A stretch of DNA of 41,771 bases from Trypethelium eluteriae. Taxonomy: Eukaryota. Position numbers and translations under genes: made by a program. The stretch lies in NCBI GenBank assembly GCA_051942245.1, contig JAVECL010000156.1:1-41771 (forward strand), read 5' to 3'. The notes beneath the pieces are model-generated. The model had not been told where the DNA came from, searched no databases, and saw only the letters and a list, made by a program, of their open reading frames with translations. The first letter of the stretch is position 1; the number at the start of each line of letters is the position of its first letter. Shown piece after piece: positions 1 through 12,408 of this stretch.

Positions 1-948
1 GCTGCTGCGTTGTGGGGGCACCCAGCCGGGACCCATGCCGCCGAAGCGCGGGGCGGACTCGCGCGGGTCGCGGGCGCCGGCGGCGCCGCCGGGGTAGCCG
101 GAGACGGGCGAGCTCGTCTCGAAGCCGTTGAGCTGCGCTGACGTGTACATCTGGGGAGCGGGATTCGAGGATTGTCGGTTGAGGGGTGGGGCGGTGGTGG
201 TGCCGTAGGGGTTCGCGTTGGACATAGGGCGTGAGGAGCGGCCGGAGGTGCGGCCGCCTTTGTGGAGGGCGAAGGAGTCGACGTAGGCGCGGTGGGAGGC
301 TTGCGGTTGGGAGCCGTAGTAGAAGATCCAGACGATCTGGTTGCGATTGGGTTAGTCGTCGAAGAGTGGGGCAAATTGGATTTGAGTAGAATGGACTGGA
401 CATACTGTGACCATGGAAAGGAGAATGAAACCTGCGGCGGCGGCTTGCTTTGCGCTATCTGATGAGTAGACAAGCGAGTTGACGGAAGAAGAGTTGAAGA
501 CGAGACCAGCGGCCATGAACCCCGTTATCTATGTGTTGTCAGCATCAGGAGCGATTGTACAGCCACATCATCAATGGCTGTCATTGATGGGAACATACAG
601 CAACATGGTATGTGAAAACTGAATCAGTCGCAACGGTCGCCAGGACACCGACTATACAGAAGAACATGTACACTATCGCCCACCAGACAAAGTTCGGAAA
701 GTTGCCGTGTATCGCTGATATGACGGAGCCGACGAATGCGATGATCCAACCCAGCTGTGGAGTGATCGTCAGTATCGAGTCCCATAAAGTCACCAACACG
801 TCGGCGCGCTTACTATCGAGACTGATATGGTGGACATGGCAAACGGGTGGCCAACAATGTTGCCAATGCTGAAGGTCGGTCGATTCATGCTCGGCATGTC
901 GTATTTGCGAAGAGAGGGTGAATTGCGAAGAGAACCGTAAGAAGGCAT
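1..948 (-). CDS. SHO1: High-osmolarity signalling protein Sho1 (4-TM osmosensor). 5' part only; the 3' end with the SH3 domain lies beyond the window's left edge
   Basis: Spliced reading: 948-814 [15 protein letters not shown]...[13 protein letters not shown]; 754-599 [13 protein letters not shown]...FTYHVA; 528-406 [11 protein letters not shown]...[13 protein letters not shown]; 336-<1 [26 protein letters not shown]...[24 protein letters not shown]. Canonical GTAAG/GTATGT donors and YAG acceptors. Motifs match filamentous-fungal Sho1. Confidence 0.95.
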
Positions 949-2833
949 GAGGTAGAAGGTTAAGTGGGGAGATAGGTTAGCAGGTTTGGGCTCAAGCAAT
1001 CAATGTGAGACAAATATTAGCGTCGCCTCTGGAACGGTCGAGCAGTGAGGTGGAGCAGGAGGCCGGCAGAGACCGTTGTTCCGGACTAGGCGCTGAGAAG
1101 CAAGTTTTCGGAAGAACAATGGGAGGAGTGTGAGCGAGCGACTTCCCGGACCCAAGAATGAATGAGATTCGGAGATAGGCGTGCAAGCGGCGACAACGAG
1201 AGACAGGGACTTCCTGGCGATGGGTGGATGTCGGCTCAGAGCCGGAGTCAGTGTGGAAGACTCCTGCAGCGGTAGAAGCGGCGCGCGCTTGAGATGGGGG
1301 TTGTCGCTGGATCCTTGCAACGGAGAGGAAGCGTGGTGGATGAGAGGAGTGTCAAAGTGGAGGGCGAAGCATGGAGTGTGGGCTGGGGGGTTGGATGATT
1401 GGGACGGGAGCTCCCCAAGGCTCTCACCACTCTCAGGGCGGTTTCAGGCCTGGCCGGCCACGCGCAGGGGGTCGCAGAGATTAACAGCAAGCATCGCGAA
1501 TGATTTACCACATAATTACCGACTCTGAGTCTCTGTCTCCATTGTCTCCTAATCACTTACTGGTGACTGATTGACTCACAGGCTCATGCTGATGCATGCC
1601 ATTCAGTCCCACTTTCTTTGTTCAACGCTCGCTGCCATCTCCCCTCTGCCGCCTTGTTCGCGCCGCACAATCGACAGGGTATCAGTTGCTAAATTTACCA
1701 CAAGCAAATCAAAGCCGAAGAAAGCCGCCTGGAATATCCACGCAATTTAGGCCCCATTTTCCAGAACGTTGACGGCCAAGATGTACTTAGCTAATTGTTC
1801 AACACGATTCCAAAGGCTCCGTCAACTGAAACGCAGCTTCCAACAGACGCTTTCTCTCAGCCTCTGCAGTTTGTACATGCGAAGCTTCTCCTGCTGACCC
1901 AAATGCCGGAGGTACGTTTCAGATCGCGTATGATGCAAAATGCGGCTCCAAACCGTCTTTTCCATCACAGTTCAATGCAATGTGACAATTATCTTACATA
2001 CACTCGTATTTGTTAAGCTAGCTACTATTGTTGTGGGTTGCGACAATCTGCACGTCATGAAATGGGCTCGGTTGTCTGCCCACGAAACAACTCTCTTGCG
2101 GACAAGCTTTAAGCTCGCCCAGGGGAATGACAAATAAAACAACGCGCGTCCTGGGTAGTACGCCCTAGTCTTGTCGACCCCCGGTCCACATTCATATTCT
2201 CTCCTATAAGCAGGTCTTCGGCTTAATTCTAAGGGCTTTCCAGAATGGATAGCATGGCAACTATAACATTCGCCGCAATCATTGGATATAGTCAATGGCA
2301 GGCGTCATGCCGACAACGTAGAGAGTCCAGGACCACGTGAGTTTTGGCGTCATGCAGACTACTTAGCATGGTGATATCGCCAGGTCTTCTGTCATCCGCG
2401 GCCTGATATCGAAGGTGGTTAATAAGCGGCATAAACTATCTCTTCTCTCCTTCATCGGTCTTCGTAAAAGGTACGGCTTGGCCGGGACACCAAGTGATGA
2501 CGTTCAGCCCGAAAAGTCCTAGCCCTTATGCGAGTTCTCCAGATGTGATGCCATTGGTGCAACACGACGCCATGCCGGTTTCGCTCTCCGATAGCATTTG
2601 AGTCCCACTATTTGGCCAGCAATATGTGATCTTCCCTTCAAATTCCACCTGTTTCTGCGCTAGACCTTCGGATCCTAGCCATGATATTGGCAGAAACAGA
2701 CCACAGTCGACCAAGCCCCGTTCATGGAGAAACATGTGGAACCCTAGGCCCCTCGTTATTCAGCAACAGAAACCTAGACCATCAAGGGCACCTTTGCAAA
2801 TCTTCACCGAAATCAACGGAAGATTAGAAGGCC

Positions 2834-3511
2834 CTAGAATACCTCCCCTTCCCTCCGCTTCCTCCCCTCTTCACGTCTGACCTCCCTCTCCACACCCTGC
2901 AGCCTCTCTTCCCATTCAATCCATTGCTCGCCTTGCCCCACAACCCTCAGTTCATACCATCTCTCCAACAGCGACGCCGTCCTTGCCCTCAATTCGCCAA
3001 CCTCCCGTTCCTGCTCTTCCTGCCGGGCTTGAGATTTGGCAATTCGTGGTTGAAGGGAAATCAACGAAGTTAGAGCTGGCGTGGGTGGAACGGTCAAGTC
3101 GGCGAGTGAGGTAAGTCGCGATGCGGTTTCGGAGTAGAGAGGTGCAGAAGCGAGGACGATGGCGAGGACTTGGGAGGACGAGAGGGAGGATGGGGGCGAG
3201 GAGGCGGAAAGAGTGTGAAAGTAGGATGGGTGACGAGTTTCTGTAGCCCGTTAGGTCTTGAGAATGGTAACCAGGAAAGATCGTGGCCAGTAGGGAAAGG
3301 CTTTCTTACGGAGTTGGAGAAGCTCGGAAACGACTTCGCTGCCTTGTGCCAAGCTTTGAAGTCCACGTTCCAAGCTCCCTAGTCTTGACGAGATGGTGGA
3401 AGCGTGCGATGGAACTTCTGAGGCACGCTGGGTCTTTCCCGTCACGGCGTACTCGATGCGGTGTAGTCTAGATTCAAGGAGCTCGAGCGTCTCCAAAGAA
3501 ATACTCTCCAT
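2834..3511 (-). CDS. ro-10: Nuclear distribution protein RO10 (dynactin p24/DCTN3-like)
   Basis: Exon 3511-3310 MESISLETLELLESRLHRIEYAVTG...; intron 3309-3241 (GTAAGA...CTAAC...CAG); exon 3240-2834 ...VLAIVLASAPLYSETASRLTSLADL...ELRARTASLLERWYE...WEERLQGVEREVRREE. Pattern matches the RO10 family. Confidence 0.85.
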
Positions 3512-4815
3512 CCTGTGCCGCCAAGGCGAGGAAAGACTCCGAGGCAAAGCCGCGATGATTTGTAGTGTTCTCCACGGAAATATCTATCAGCCAGCGACAG
3601 ATTTCCGGCATAGAGTAGCGTCCGTCATCGGCGTCGGTCTAGCGCGTTGCCTGTTCCTGACATTTAACAATTACTGCCTCACCACCTCTCACTACCACGC
3701 ACTTGTTTCTACCTCAGACCGGTCTCCGCTGCAGTGCAACGAAGGTACTGAGTCCCAAATAGCGAAATTGAGCTGAGACTTGACGGATTGAGAGGAGATC
3801 GATAGCTCGTTAAAGCTGAAGATTATCTTCCACTTCGAGCTGTGCTCAACTCTTGCCTTTATCGCATTCTCGCTAAAGGCACCACCGATTTCAGAATGCG
3901 TAGGTGGAGTACAGAACCGCAGGCTGACAGATAAAAGATTTTGTGTGTCCTTTTTTGGTTGCTCCGGACCCTAGGCTCATAGACGCCTCATGATTCTAAG
4001 CTGGTGATCTATCTCAGCACCTTTCCCCACAGTGTATGTTTGGCCTTTCCACTTCTCTGCTTCATCTCTCGGTGACTCTATCTTAAGAGGCGTGGCCTAC
4101 TATCAAGTACTCTCTATTGTTTTCCATGTAATATTGCCTAGTTGTCACAACTACCCGTATCTGATACTTCAGCCTTACCCTCCTTGTCTTCTCGAGACCT
4201 AACGCAGCCAATCTATTTATCCATTCGAACTTCAAAGCAACCTCGCAACTATCTATTCCTAGTTCAGTGCCAAGCTCTAGACCATCTGATATCTTTCGGA
4301 ATTCTGGTAATTTTGTGTGTGGCATTCGGAGGATAAGCTCGAACCAATTCGTACCACTAAGGGCTTTGATGCCGCTCAGCCCTCAATGCAAGATTGCGCC
4401 CCAGATGCAGCATTCCGCCAAAACAGCGAATGGCGTGCAAGATCAGGGCTGCACAACGGAGCGTGATTTATTAGCAGTTGCTTGAAGCAAAAGGAAGATT
4501 GAATAGCATCTAGCATTGAAACGCGCTCTGCAGCCTTCCTGCTCTATTGTGGTGGAATCATCAGCTTAAATCTGGCCACGGCGAAGCTCTCCAAGTTGCA
4601 CCCAGCTTCAACGTCCTAGTTGACATATCAGCTACTTGTACTTTGTCCATGAGTCTCCTAGCACAGTCATTCAAGTCGCCCACTGCGATCTTAGAAACCT
4701 TCAAGCCCCCAGAGCAAGCTATGCAAGCCTACTGTCAGCCCGATTCAAATTGACCACTTAACCTTTTCTTCAAGTAATCAACAACTTCATCAGTCGACAA
4801 AACTTCTCCCGAATC

Positions 4816-7272
4816 ATGCCTGATCCCTTGTTTGGCTCCATTTTCGAGTACCCAGGACTTGATGCCTGGGAACTCGTTGCCGCGGCGTGGACGCTCAACA
4901 GAACACCAACATTTCGCCAACAATGGAAAGGGCCGGAACAGGTAATACTGGCTCACACTACCCTCGACCACATCGTTGATAAGAAGACGCAATACTTTCT
5001 CGACGCTATAGCCTATATCTTTGCCAGGAGCAAAGCCGGCGACTCTCCAGAGCACGTTTCTGCGTCGGCGCTCTGTCGCCGCCCCGATCGAAAAAGCCGA
5101 CAGTATACCCTCTATGTGGCCAAAAATAAAGGCTTGCAGAATGATGATAACGCGATATTGAGCAAACTAGAAGATTGGTTTCATGACGAGTTGGATGTCC
5201 CGGAAGCATTATCTTTGGAAGCATTGTCTTTGGATAGTACTGCGACGATGGGAGAGAACAGAGACGATGGCAGCCCAGACGAAGACGCTGTTCTTAGTAA
5301 GGACGATCAGCAAATGAGCGAAGATCTAAAGGTGCCTGAGGCAGGTACCGGGGCAATCCAGCAGGCTGGCAACGATAACATTGAAGAAAATGCCGGGACC
5401 ACGTCGGAGGATGAAGACGCGGAGGACCTCGTAGACGCACCTCCCTACGGTTCTGAACGCGATCAGAATGACACCGAAGAAGACCACTTCATGTGGAAAA
5501 CGATACGGAGCCATTCCTTTCGACGACAACTGTACTACATATTGAGCATCACTTTTAGAGACCTGGAAGACGAACCACCAGAGCACGAAGTCCGCTCTCC
5601 GGATTCGAAGCAATCTCGTCCAGTCGAGCAATCGATAAAGGAAATCAAACACTTATGCTGGGAATTTGTCGCCAATTACTTTAAGACGTCCAAAAACTAC
5701 CTGAAACTTGCGCGACCTGGCCACAAAAAGGAAAATGAAGCTGCCAGGGAGGGGCGCATCAAAGACATGCTTGCAGAAGTGGACACCAACACAGACGAAC
5801 AGCTCAAGTCGGTCTCCGCGAGGTTTTTGGTCAAATATGAAACCTTATGCACGATCACATATGATTTCCGAAGATCTGGTCGACCTTATTGGAAAAACCC
5901 GAAGAGCAAGGACTCATGTTACGGCCAAACAGTCCGAGCCATCATACAACTTGGTCGTCTTCGAGCCAGCTGGAAAGCAATTAAAGACTGGAGAGCTGAT
6001 AAGGCTCAGTCAGTCAGCGATATTCAACTTCTTCCCATTGAACAGAAAAGGGAATTTCAGTTGGACCTGTCTAAAGTCCGCCAAAAGATCCTCAGCTGGC
6101 CACAGAATAAGAAATCTAAGTACTCGGCTCTTCCGAGCGATTCCGAAAAAGTTCTATGCTACTTCCACTGCGAACTACAAATGCTGGACTTCATGACAGG
6201 AGACACCGACCGAGAGCAGCAATGCTTGAACTACTTCGGATGTAGTAAGAAATCTTGCTGGATATGCTGGGCAGTTCTTGGACAACATCCTCGGTTTCGT
6301 ACGAGGTCGACACACGCAAAGGTATATTATCAATGTGCTTTGCCCTTTGCCGACTCTATAATTTCGGACCCGCTGTACATATACAAGGGTCTACTGCATG
6401 CTCAACGAGCACTCGTTGACAGTCTCTATGTTCTTCAATGGCCACCCACCCAGCAAGAGACTCCACCTTGGCAAGTCGAAACCTCTTACAATTTCGGATC
6501 AGATTCAAAAAGCGATCCCATGGCCTTGACAAAGTGGTTGACAGAGCATGAAAACGCACCTGAACGCCACCAGAACTTCTTCGCTGACCAAGGACATGAC
6601 TTGCCTGCAGAGGACACTGAATCCCGCTCTCCTCGTAGTGTTGACTGCGCTTACATTGCCGGTTTGCGAGCTGATGGTTCCGAATTTGATACCATCGAGA
6701 CAAAATCGGTTCAACTGTGCTATAATGTTCCGCGGTATCGTTTACGCGCCAATCATTTGTTCACAGAAGGTGATGTCAATGTCCCACCACACTTATTGGT
6801 ACGAAATGATCTCCAAAAAATCGTGAACGAGGACGACGAAGCGCCGTGGGTGGTTCAATATGGCTCCATTTCGTCTGAAGACTTTGATCCTAGAACACTT
6901 ACACCAGAAGAGCTGTCAATCTATCATAGCGAATGGGCCAGCGGTTACGAATTTATCTCTTGTTCTGTTGCAGTCTTTTTTCAGATCTCTGCTTCTACGG
7001 TGTCGGGGTCGAATTCGCCTTTCGATACTCCATCCGGTATCTACATGTTGCCATACATTAAGTTCAGAAAAGAAAGCAAAACTTACGACGCGTTTTTTTC
7101 AAGGCAGTCACTACCACGTTTGATTGATCAAGCCATAAAACAGGTGAGGTGGGAATTCATCGGAGATCGACACTTCTTAGAGAAGAGGTTTCATTCAATG
7201 ATAAAGCATTGGAACCTCTGGGAGCAACAGAGGCAGAAGCGTGCCGCCCAGGCTCTTAACCGAAACATTTAA
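4816..7272 (+). CDS. OTT_1508-like nucleic-acid/nucleotide deaminase family protein (PF14441-like), 818 aa, intronless
   Basis: HCE (6166-6174) followed by YFGCSKKSCWIC (to 6267) gives the HxE...SK..CxxC zinc signature of the OTT_1508 clade. The N-terminal FLDAIAYIFAR...VSASAL...TLYVAKNKGL segment is typical of fungal members. Also has an acidic low-complexity insert and a long unassigned C-terminal extension. Confidence 0.8.
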   Translation: MPDPLFGSIFEYPGLDAWELVAAAWTLNRTPTFRQQWKGPEQVILAHTTLDHIVDKKTQYFLDAIAYIFARSKAGDSPEHVSASALCRRPDRKSRQYTLYVAKNKGLQNDDNAILSKLEDWFHDELDVPEALSLEALSLDSTATMGENRDDGSPDEDAVLSKDDQQMSEDLKVPEAGTGAIQQAGNDNIEENAGTTSEDEDAEDLVDAPPYGSERDQNDTEEDHFMWKTIRSHSFRRQLYYILSITFRDLEDEPPEHEVRSPDSKQSRPVEQSIKEIKHLCWEFVANYFKTSKNYLKLARPGHKKENEAAREGRIKDMLAEVDTNTDEQLKSVSARFLVKYETLCTITYDFRRSGRPYWKNPKSKDSCYGQTVRAIIQLGRLRASWKAIKDWRADKAQSVSDIQLLPIEQKREFQLDLSKVRQKILSWPQNKKSKYSALPSDSEKVLCYFHCELQMLDFMTGDTDREQQCLNYFGCSKKSCWICWAVLGQHPRFRTRSTHAKVYYQCALPFADSIISDPLYIYKGLLHAQRALVDSLYVLQWPPTQQETPPWQVETSYNFGSDSKSDPMALTKWLTEHENAPERHQNFFADQGHDLPAEDTESRSPRSVDCAYIAGLRADGSEFDTIETKSVQLCYNVPRYRLRANHLFTEGDVNVPPHLLVRNDLQKIVNEDDEAPWVVQYGSISSEDFDPRTLTPEELSIYHSEWASGYEFISCSVAVFFQISASTVSGSNSPFDTPSGIYMLPYIKFRKESKTYDAFFSRQSLPRLIDQAIKQVRWEFIGDRHFLEKRFHSMIKHWNLWEQQRQKRAAQALNRNI

Positions 7273-7299
7273 TCAACATGAATCAGAAGATTGTGTTCT

Positions 7300-7980
7300 C
7301 TTCTCCAAAGAGTTGCAGCTTTACTTCCAAGATCTGGATGCTGAGATCGGTTTCCACTTAGGGACCACGAAGATTCTATGTTCGCCTTCGTTAGGATCAG
7401 TTGGACTGCAAGTGAGCCTTGAGATCCTCAGAAATTCTATTGATCAATGATTGCACGGCCTCCGGCTGAACGTCTAGCCTACTTCCAGGACGGGACTGAA
7501 TCCAAACGCATGGAAGCCACAGTTTTGACTTTTGAAGTGGTAATGCGAGACGAATGCGTATCCTAGAAGCCGGTACGGCGGCGGCTCGTCCATCATCGAA
7601 TCAGTTTCACGGGAACCACTGAGTATCAAGAAAACGATTTTACGATCAGTCGGCCGAATACCTTTTTCATTCCAAGTTCCAACTCGAGAGATGATGTAGC
7701 AAGGTTCTTGAAGCAGGCCGCAATCCTCATGACAGCAGCTGATCGGGTAAAGTATGGATTCAAGACGTCCCTTCCAAGCCATTTCAAGAAACCACCGATC
7801 ATGAATCGATCACTAGGATATGTTCCCTGGTCAGCTTCTTCGTCGGTAAACACATATTTTAACCCCAAAGCGCTTAGACTGGTAATAACATCAATCAATC
7901 TTTGGGGCAGGCCACGAGCTGCGTCCTCGTCCAGAATAGCACGAACCTTTCCGGCGGTATTAAGGCGAAAAATCTAAGAA
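7300..7980 (-). pseudogene. Possible degraded gene relic of unknown family
   Basis: Overlapping protein-like frames (...AILDEDAARGLPQRLIDVITSL...GGFLKWLGRDVLNPYFTRSAAVMRIAACF; ...IVFLILSGSRETDSMMDEPPPY...) broken by stops and frame changes. No intact start-to-stop model could be built. Confidence 0.3.
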
Positions 7981-8533
7981 TACTCTTTAATAGACCCGAG
8001 ATTCATCGTGATCCATGGCAGTAAATCTAGACTTCACGGATTTGAAGGGTTTACAGAAGTAGGTTTCAAGTCAGCTCTATCGTACGAGGCTGAGAGACGT
8101 AGGTCTTATCAATTAGTCATTGCAGAGGAGGTACCGTACCTCAGCTTAGTAGACGAGAAAGAATAGTACTATAGAAGGCACCGCGAAGTACAGTACTTAG
8201 TACTTACGAAACCTTGCGCCGGAGATTGGAGATGGATGAATCGTCGTCGTCGTACATACGCCGCTTCTCAGCAGCTGCCCTAACAACACAGCGGCAGCTA
8301 CAAATACCTTCGTATTTGTCCAGGACTGAAGGCATACAAGTGGGCCGCGTGCGTCCTTTACTCATTCATCACCTCTTCTCTGCGAAACTTGGCTTTTCCT
8401 CCGTTCTTCCTTCTGTAAACCAGACCTTCGGAAGTCCATTCCCTTGTCTTCATTCACCACCACTCCTCCTGATATTCACAGTCAGCGTATCTAAGGTACC
8501 TATTTAGGTAGAGAGGCAACTTCCGGATCAGAA

Positions 8534-9597
8534 ATGAAGAAACGGCACATGCAGGGCGTCAAGATAAGCACCATGCAGGCGCTCACAACCCGGCGCAAAG
8601 TTGAAGCCCGCACCGTGACATACCAGGAGGTCTCCGAATGGCAGCGGGATAACCAATACATTCTTAGCGGCTATCGCCCAGAAAAAGCAGGTTATCTGGA
8701 GATCCTCATCAGCCTGACGTTCTTGCACAACGAGACTTGCAATGTGTATAGCCACCTGGTCGGGGCTCTGCTCCTACCACTCGTTGCGACCGCGTCCATG
8801 CGGGTTCTCTCCGAGCCTCCATTGCTCAACATCTCGAGAACAGACTATTTCATGTCTGCAATCTTCTTCTCGTGTGCGGAGTGCTGTTTAATCTTCAGCG
8901 CTACTTACCACTTAATGGGAGCCCACTCGTATGGAGTAGAACAATTCTGGCATCGAATCGATCTACTTGGGATTGTCATCGTGACCATGGGGACATTTAT
9001 TCCGGGCATCTATTATATCTTCACTTGTGAACCGGGCTTGCAAAAATTGCACTGGGCCATTGTCAGTCATTGAGAGCGGTCCGCGGCCGGCTCCAGGTCC
9101 CGCGACATGCTAACATAAATTCTAGGTCATAGCCTCGGGCTCTGCCACGGCTGCTCTGATCTCGATGCCCAAGTTCAGAACGCTGCGCTGGCGAAAGGCC
9201 AGGGTGGGCGCCTACGTTGCGATGGGCGCATCAGCATTCATTCCGCTTCTGCACGGAGTTTATCTGTACGGGTTCGAGTACATGCTCTACTACTCGGGAA
9301 TGAAACGGTATCTACTAGAGCTTTTTTTCTATGGCGGCGGATGCAATCTTTACGCGGTAAGCTTGGACGCTCACTGCCCTTTCTTCCATCAACTTGCAAG
9401 ACAAGTGATCTGACCGACGGTTGCAGTCTCGAACTCCAGAGCGCTTTGCTCCAGGCAAATTCGACATCTGGGCCAGCTCACACCAGATCTTTCACGTCTC
9501 CATCTTATCCGCCATGTGCATACACGCAATCGCCCTTGTGCAGACTTCCACGGCATGTCATACTTTGGACCTATGTAGCATCCAGACCGCTTATTGA
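8534..9597 (+). CDS. PAQR / haemolysin-III family membrane protein (IZH/adiponectin-receptor-like, PF03006)
   Basis: Exons 8534-9061, 9126-9356 and 9427-9597 join in frame. Motifs WQRDNQYILSGYR, HNETCNVYSH, SATYH, DLLGI and PERFAPGKFDIWASSHQIFH; multiple TM segments. Confidence 0.93.
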
Positions 9598-9713
9598 GCA
9601 GACCAAAGGTATCAAACTGGCTTGGCTTTAAGGTCACAGATTTTTTACAGTCCCATACTCATGCCCAGGAGCCACAAGAGGATAGAGATTTCTTTCGTGT
9701 CTGCATATCTTTG

Positions 9714-10331
9714 CTAATCAACGAATAAACTGATTTTATTGCTCTCAAAATCTCCGGCAAAAGCCCTCTCTGAACCGCTCATCTTCTCCAAGTCCTCACT
9801 CGTCACTTCGGCGAGCTTGTATGGCCAGACAGCTTTCCAGTTTCCGCGGACCTCCATGTCATATGTTCTGCCTTTCTCCAATTTAACTGCAGGAGCTGTT
9901 AGGGCCACCTCATTCTCGACAGTTGCACGAGGGTGCAATTCCAGTAGGGCATCTTTCGTCGGGGGCAGTTGTCGATTCCTCATGATGGTGGTTACCTCGA
10001 CCTTCTCTTTCGTTGCTCTATCAGATATGGGAAAGACACCAAGAACAAGTGGTGTCTCGTCGAAAGGCGTATCCCATTTCAAGATAGTAAAAGAAACAGA
10101 GGGGTGCGTATTCTGTAGAGCAACGCGAACTCTCGGTGGCTTGGTGCTAGTCTGGGTGATGCGCAACGAGAGTTGATCAAGAGAGGCTTGGTCATGGGGC
10201 AGTTGGGTCGGAAGTGATGAGGCGCCGTTCCGAGAAGACATGTTGATGTAACCCTTGTAGTGCAGAGCAAATACTGTGATAATGCACACTCCGAAGATCA
10301 GGTAGGGGATGCGGAGCGTATGGTTGCCCAT
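9714..10331 (-). CDS. Stand-alone M35-propeptide-like protein with N-terminal signal/anchor (205 aa), no catalytic domain
   Basis: Likely start ATG 10331 (MGNHTLRIPYLIFGVCIITVFALHY hydrophobic segment). The body LSLRITQ...VRVALQNTH...TILKWDTPFD...DALLELHPRATVENEVAL...GRTYDMEVRG...FESNKISLFVD* parallels the propeptide of the neighbouring M35 protease. No HExxH motif. Confidence 0.75.
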   Translation of the reverse strand: MGNHTLRIPYLIFGVCIITVFALHYKGYINMSSRNGASSLPTQLPHDQASLDQLSLRITQTSTKPPRVRVALQNTHPSVSFTILKWDTPFDETPLVLGVFPISDRATKEKVEVTTIMRNRQLPPTKDALLELHPRATVENEVALTAPAVKLEKGRTYDMEVRGNWKAVWPYKLAEVTSEDLEKMSGSERAFAGDFESNKISLFVD

Positions 10332-12273
10332 TGACCTTGATTCAGAAAGAGAATGTGATAGCCAAGACTCTAAAGCTTTGTGACTGCTACTCAGTTGCTT
10401 ATCAAGCTTTGAAGAGAGGACAGCTGCTCTTGCGAGGATCACGGAAGTTTGTTTCAACGAATGTTGAACGGGAAAGAGTTTTTGCGTGAGATAAAGTTTA
10501 GAGGAGACACAGTTACATCCGAGCATTCAATAGAGGAAATTAGTGCGAGAAGTCTCTAGAACGCAAATGGGAAACAGTATTGTCGACCCATATGCTGACT
10601 TCAAGCTAGCTGATGACAAACTTGATACTTCCGATGATAACCGTGTTAAACGCCTGTAAGCTTCTTTGCCTTTAGGAAAGTGCAAAAAGAAATACTGAGA
10701 TTATATTGCAGGAAGCCTGTAGGTGCGTTGCCAAGTTAAGCGGACCTGCCTCTGTAGGACTCCGATCCGCACTCTCCAGTCAGAGATAGGGAAGCTACAC
10801 CAGAGCAGATATCGAGAGCAGGGGAGGAGACCGGCAAAACATGCAATGAACGTCAAGCTTTCAAGCCAGAATAGCTAGCAGGCAAGATGGCGGTCTTCAT
10901 ACATTTCGACAGAAAGAGCTGCTGACATTGAGTTGCCATATTCAGCCGAGTGAGGCCATGTGCGATTCCTGGACCCTGCATCGACTTGCGCCGTCAAGAC
11001 GCATCCCATGACTAGCGTAGAACATCATTCGGGGATCTCTAAAAAGATCCTTAGGCAGTGAGGAGGTTTGCACTGATTAGTAGAGGAGTTTTGTAGTCCA
11101 TTGGATTAATGAAATGCCCTGATAGCCCTGATCTTCAGCAGAAGCGCCAATCGAAATAGTTTCGAGTACTTCCGCCAGCCATCGAGTGTAGGCTGGCGGT
11201 GGACTCTAAATAAATCGTAGGTGGGCAGGAGTGGCTGGATGGCTGTCCGAAGACGGAGTCGAGCCGACCGATATCTTGACATCGACCACATGAAGCCAAG
11301 ATAGACCGGACAAGGGGAGAGGAAATTAAAGAAAGTGGGGCAAGATACGGAGTGGAGAAGGTTAGGTTGTGATAAGATGATGGTGCTTTACATAAATAGT
11401 CGCCTTGGCGCTCCGCCTTGGCACAAGGAATTCTGCCATTCCCATTCCTCTGTCCTCCAACGACCTCCGCGCTTCTTCTCCAAATGCAATGCAACGCACC
11501 CACGATCGCGAGAACTAGGATCCAATGAGAACGCGCCTTGGCTTTGATATAAGCCAGCCAAGTATCTGATGATACGCCGTGGACTATTCGTCAACTTGCT
11601 GACCAGAACGCACAAAACTAATTTCTTCAAAAGCACTGGTAGTATGTTTTCGACGACGGGTCTAGTGGTGCAACGAATCGCGCTTTTCACGGCGATCGTC
11701 TAACTCTCTCGATCCGAACGTATCATCTGAATCTCAAACCTCCTGCTCCTTCCGGCTATTGTCTTATGCGGAGACCTAGTTGAATCGTCCAGTCAAACAG
11801 TAACGTCGATGGTCCTGAGCTAAAGTAGCTGGCCTACTCTTTAGTCGTAACAGGGTCCAGGAGGAGGATGTCCATGTTCTGGCGTCGCTATGTCAATTGA
11901 TCACAGGATTGATCTTCCAGGACCCTGGATGTGCAGCGCAGGGAAACGGGCTCACGGGCTCTCCCGCATCTGAAGTTTTTCCAAGTGTGGCAGGTGGAAG
12001 GGAGGCTATGGACGACAGCCCCCGCAGAATTTCAGCATCGGCAATAATGCTTTTTTGAATGAACAGGTATTCTTGTGAGTCTTTTGGAACCACGGCAGTT
12101 GGTGGAAAAACAGCAGTAATGAGCGTGGGGGGCTCTATCTCGAGGAAATGAATTCACTATCTCAAAGCAAGTACAGGAAAAGGTAGGTGGCAATCTTGTT
12201 ATCAGAACCTCTCAAATACCCTAAAGTCAAACAGAGTCAGGATGATTCCGTGAACTCTTGTAATAATTGCAGG

Positions 12274-12280
12274 TATAAAA
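12274..12280 (+). promoter_or_regulatory. TATA box of the M35 protease gene
   Basis: TATAAAA ~130 nt upstream of ATG 12409, followed by a CT-rich leader. Confidence 0.55.
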
Positions 12281-12408
12281 GAAGCATGAGTTGACCTCCT
12301 TCCACGACTCTCTTTCTTGTCTTCAGCTTCTACTTCAGCTCTCACGCTCAGGACTATATCCTCACATCTAAATATTCTCTCTCTTGGCATTACAATCATA
12401 TTTTCAAC

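Noticed and set aside
5203..5233. 15-bp tandem duplication (EALSL x2), plus small repeats at ~18415-18440 and a hairpin at ~11033-11050
   Set aside because: Short, isolated slippage-type or chance features with no associated element.
10332..10526. 65-aa N-terminal extension of ORF 9714..10526
   Set aside because: Looks like translated 5' UTR; ATG 10331 directly precedes the hydrophobic signal/anchor segment.
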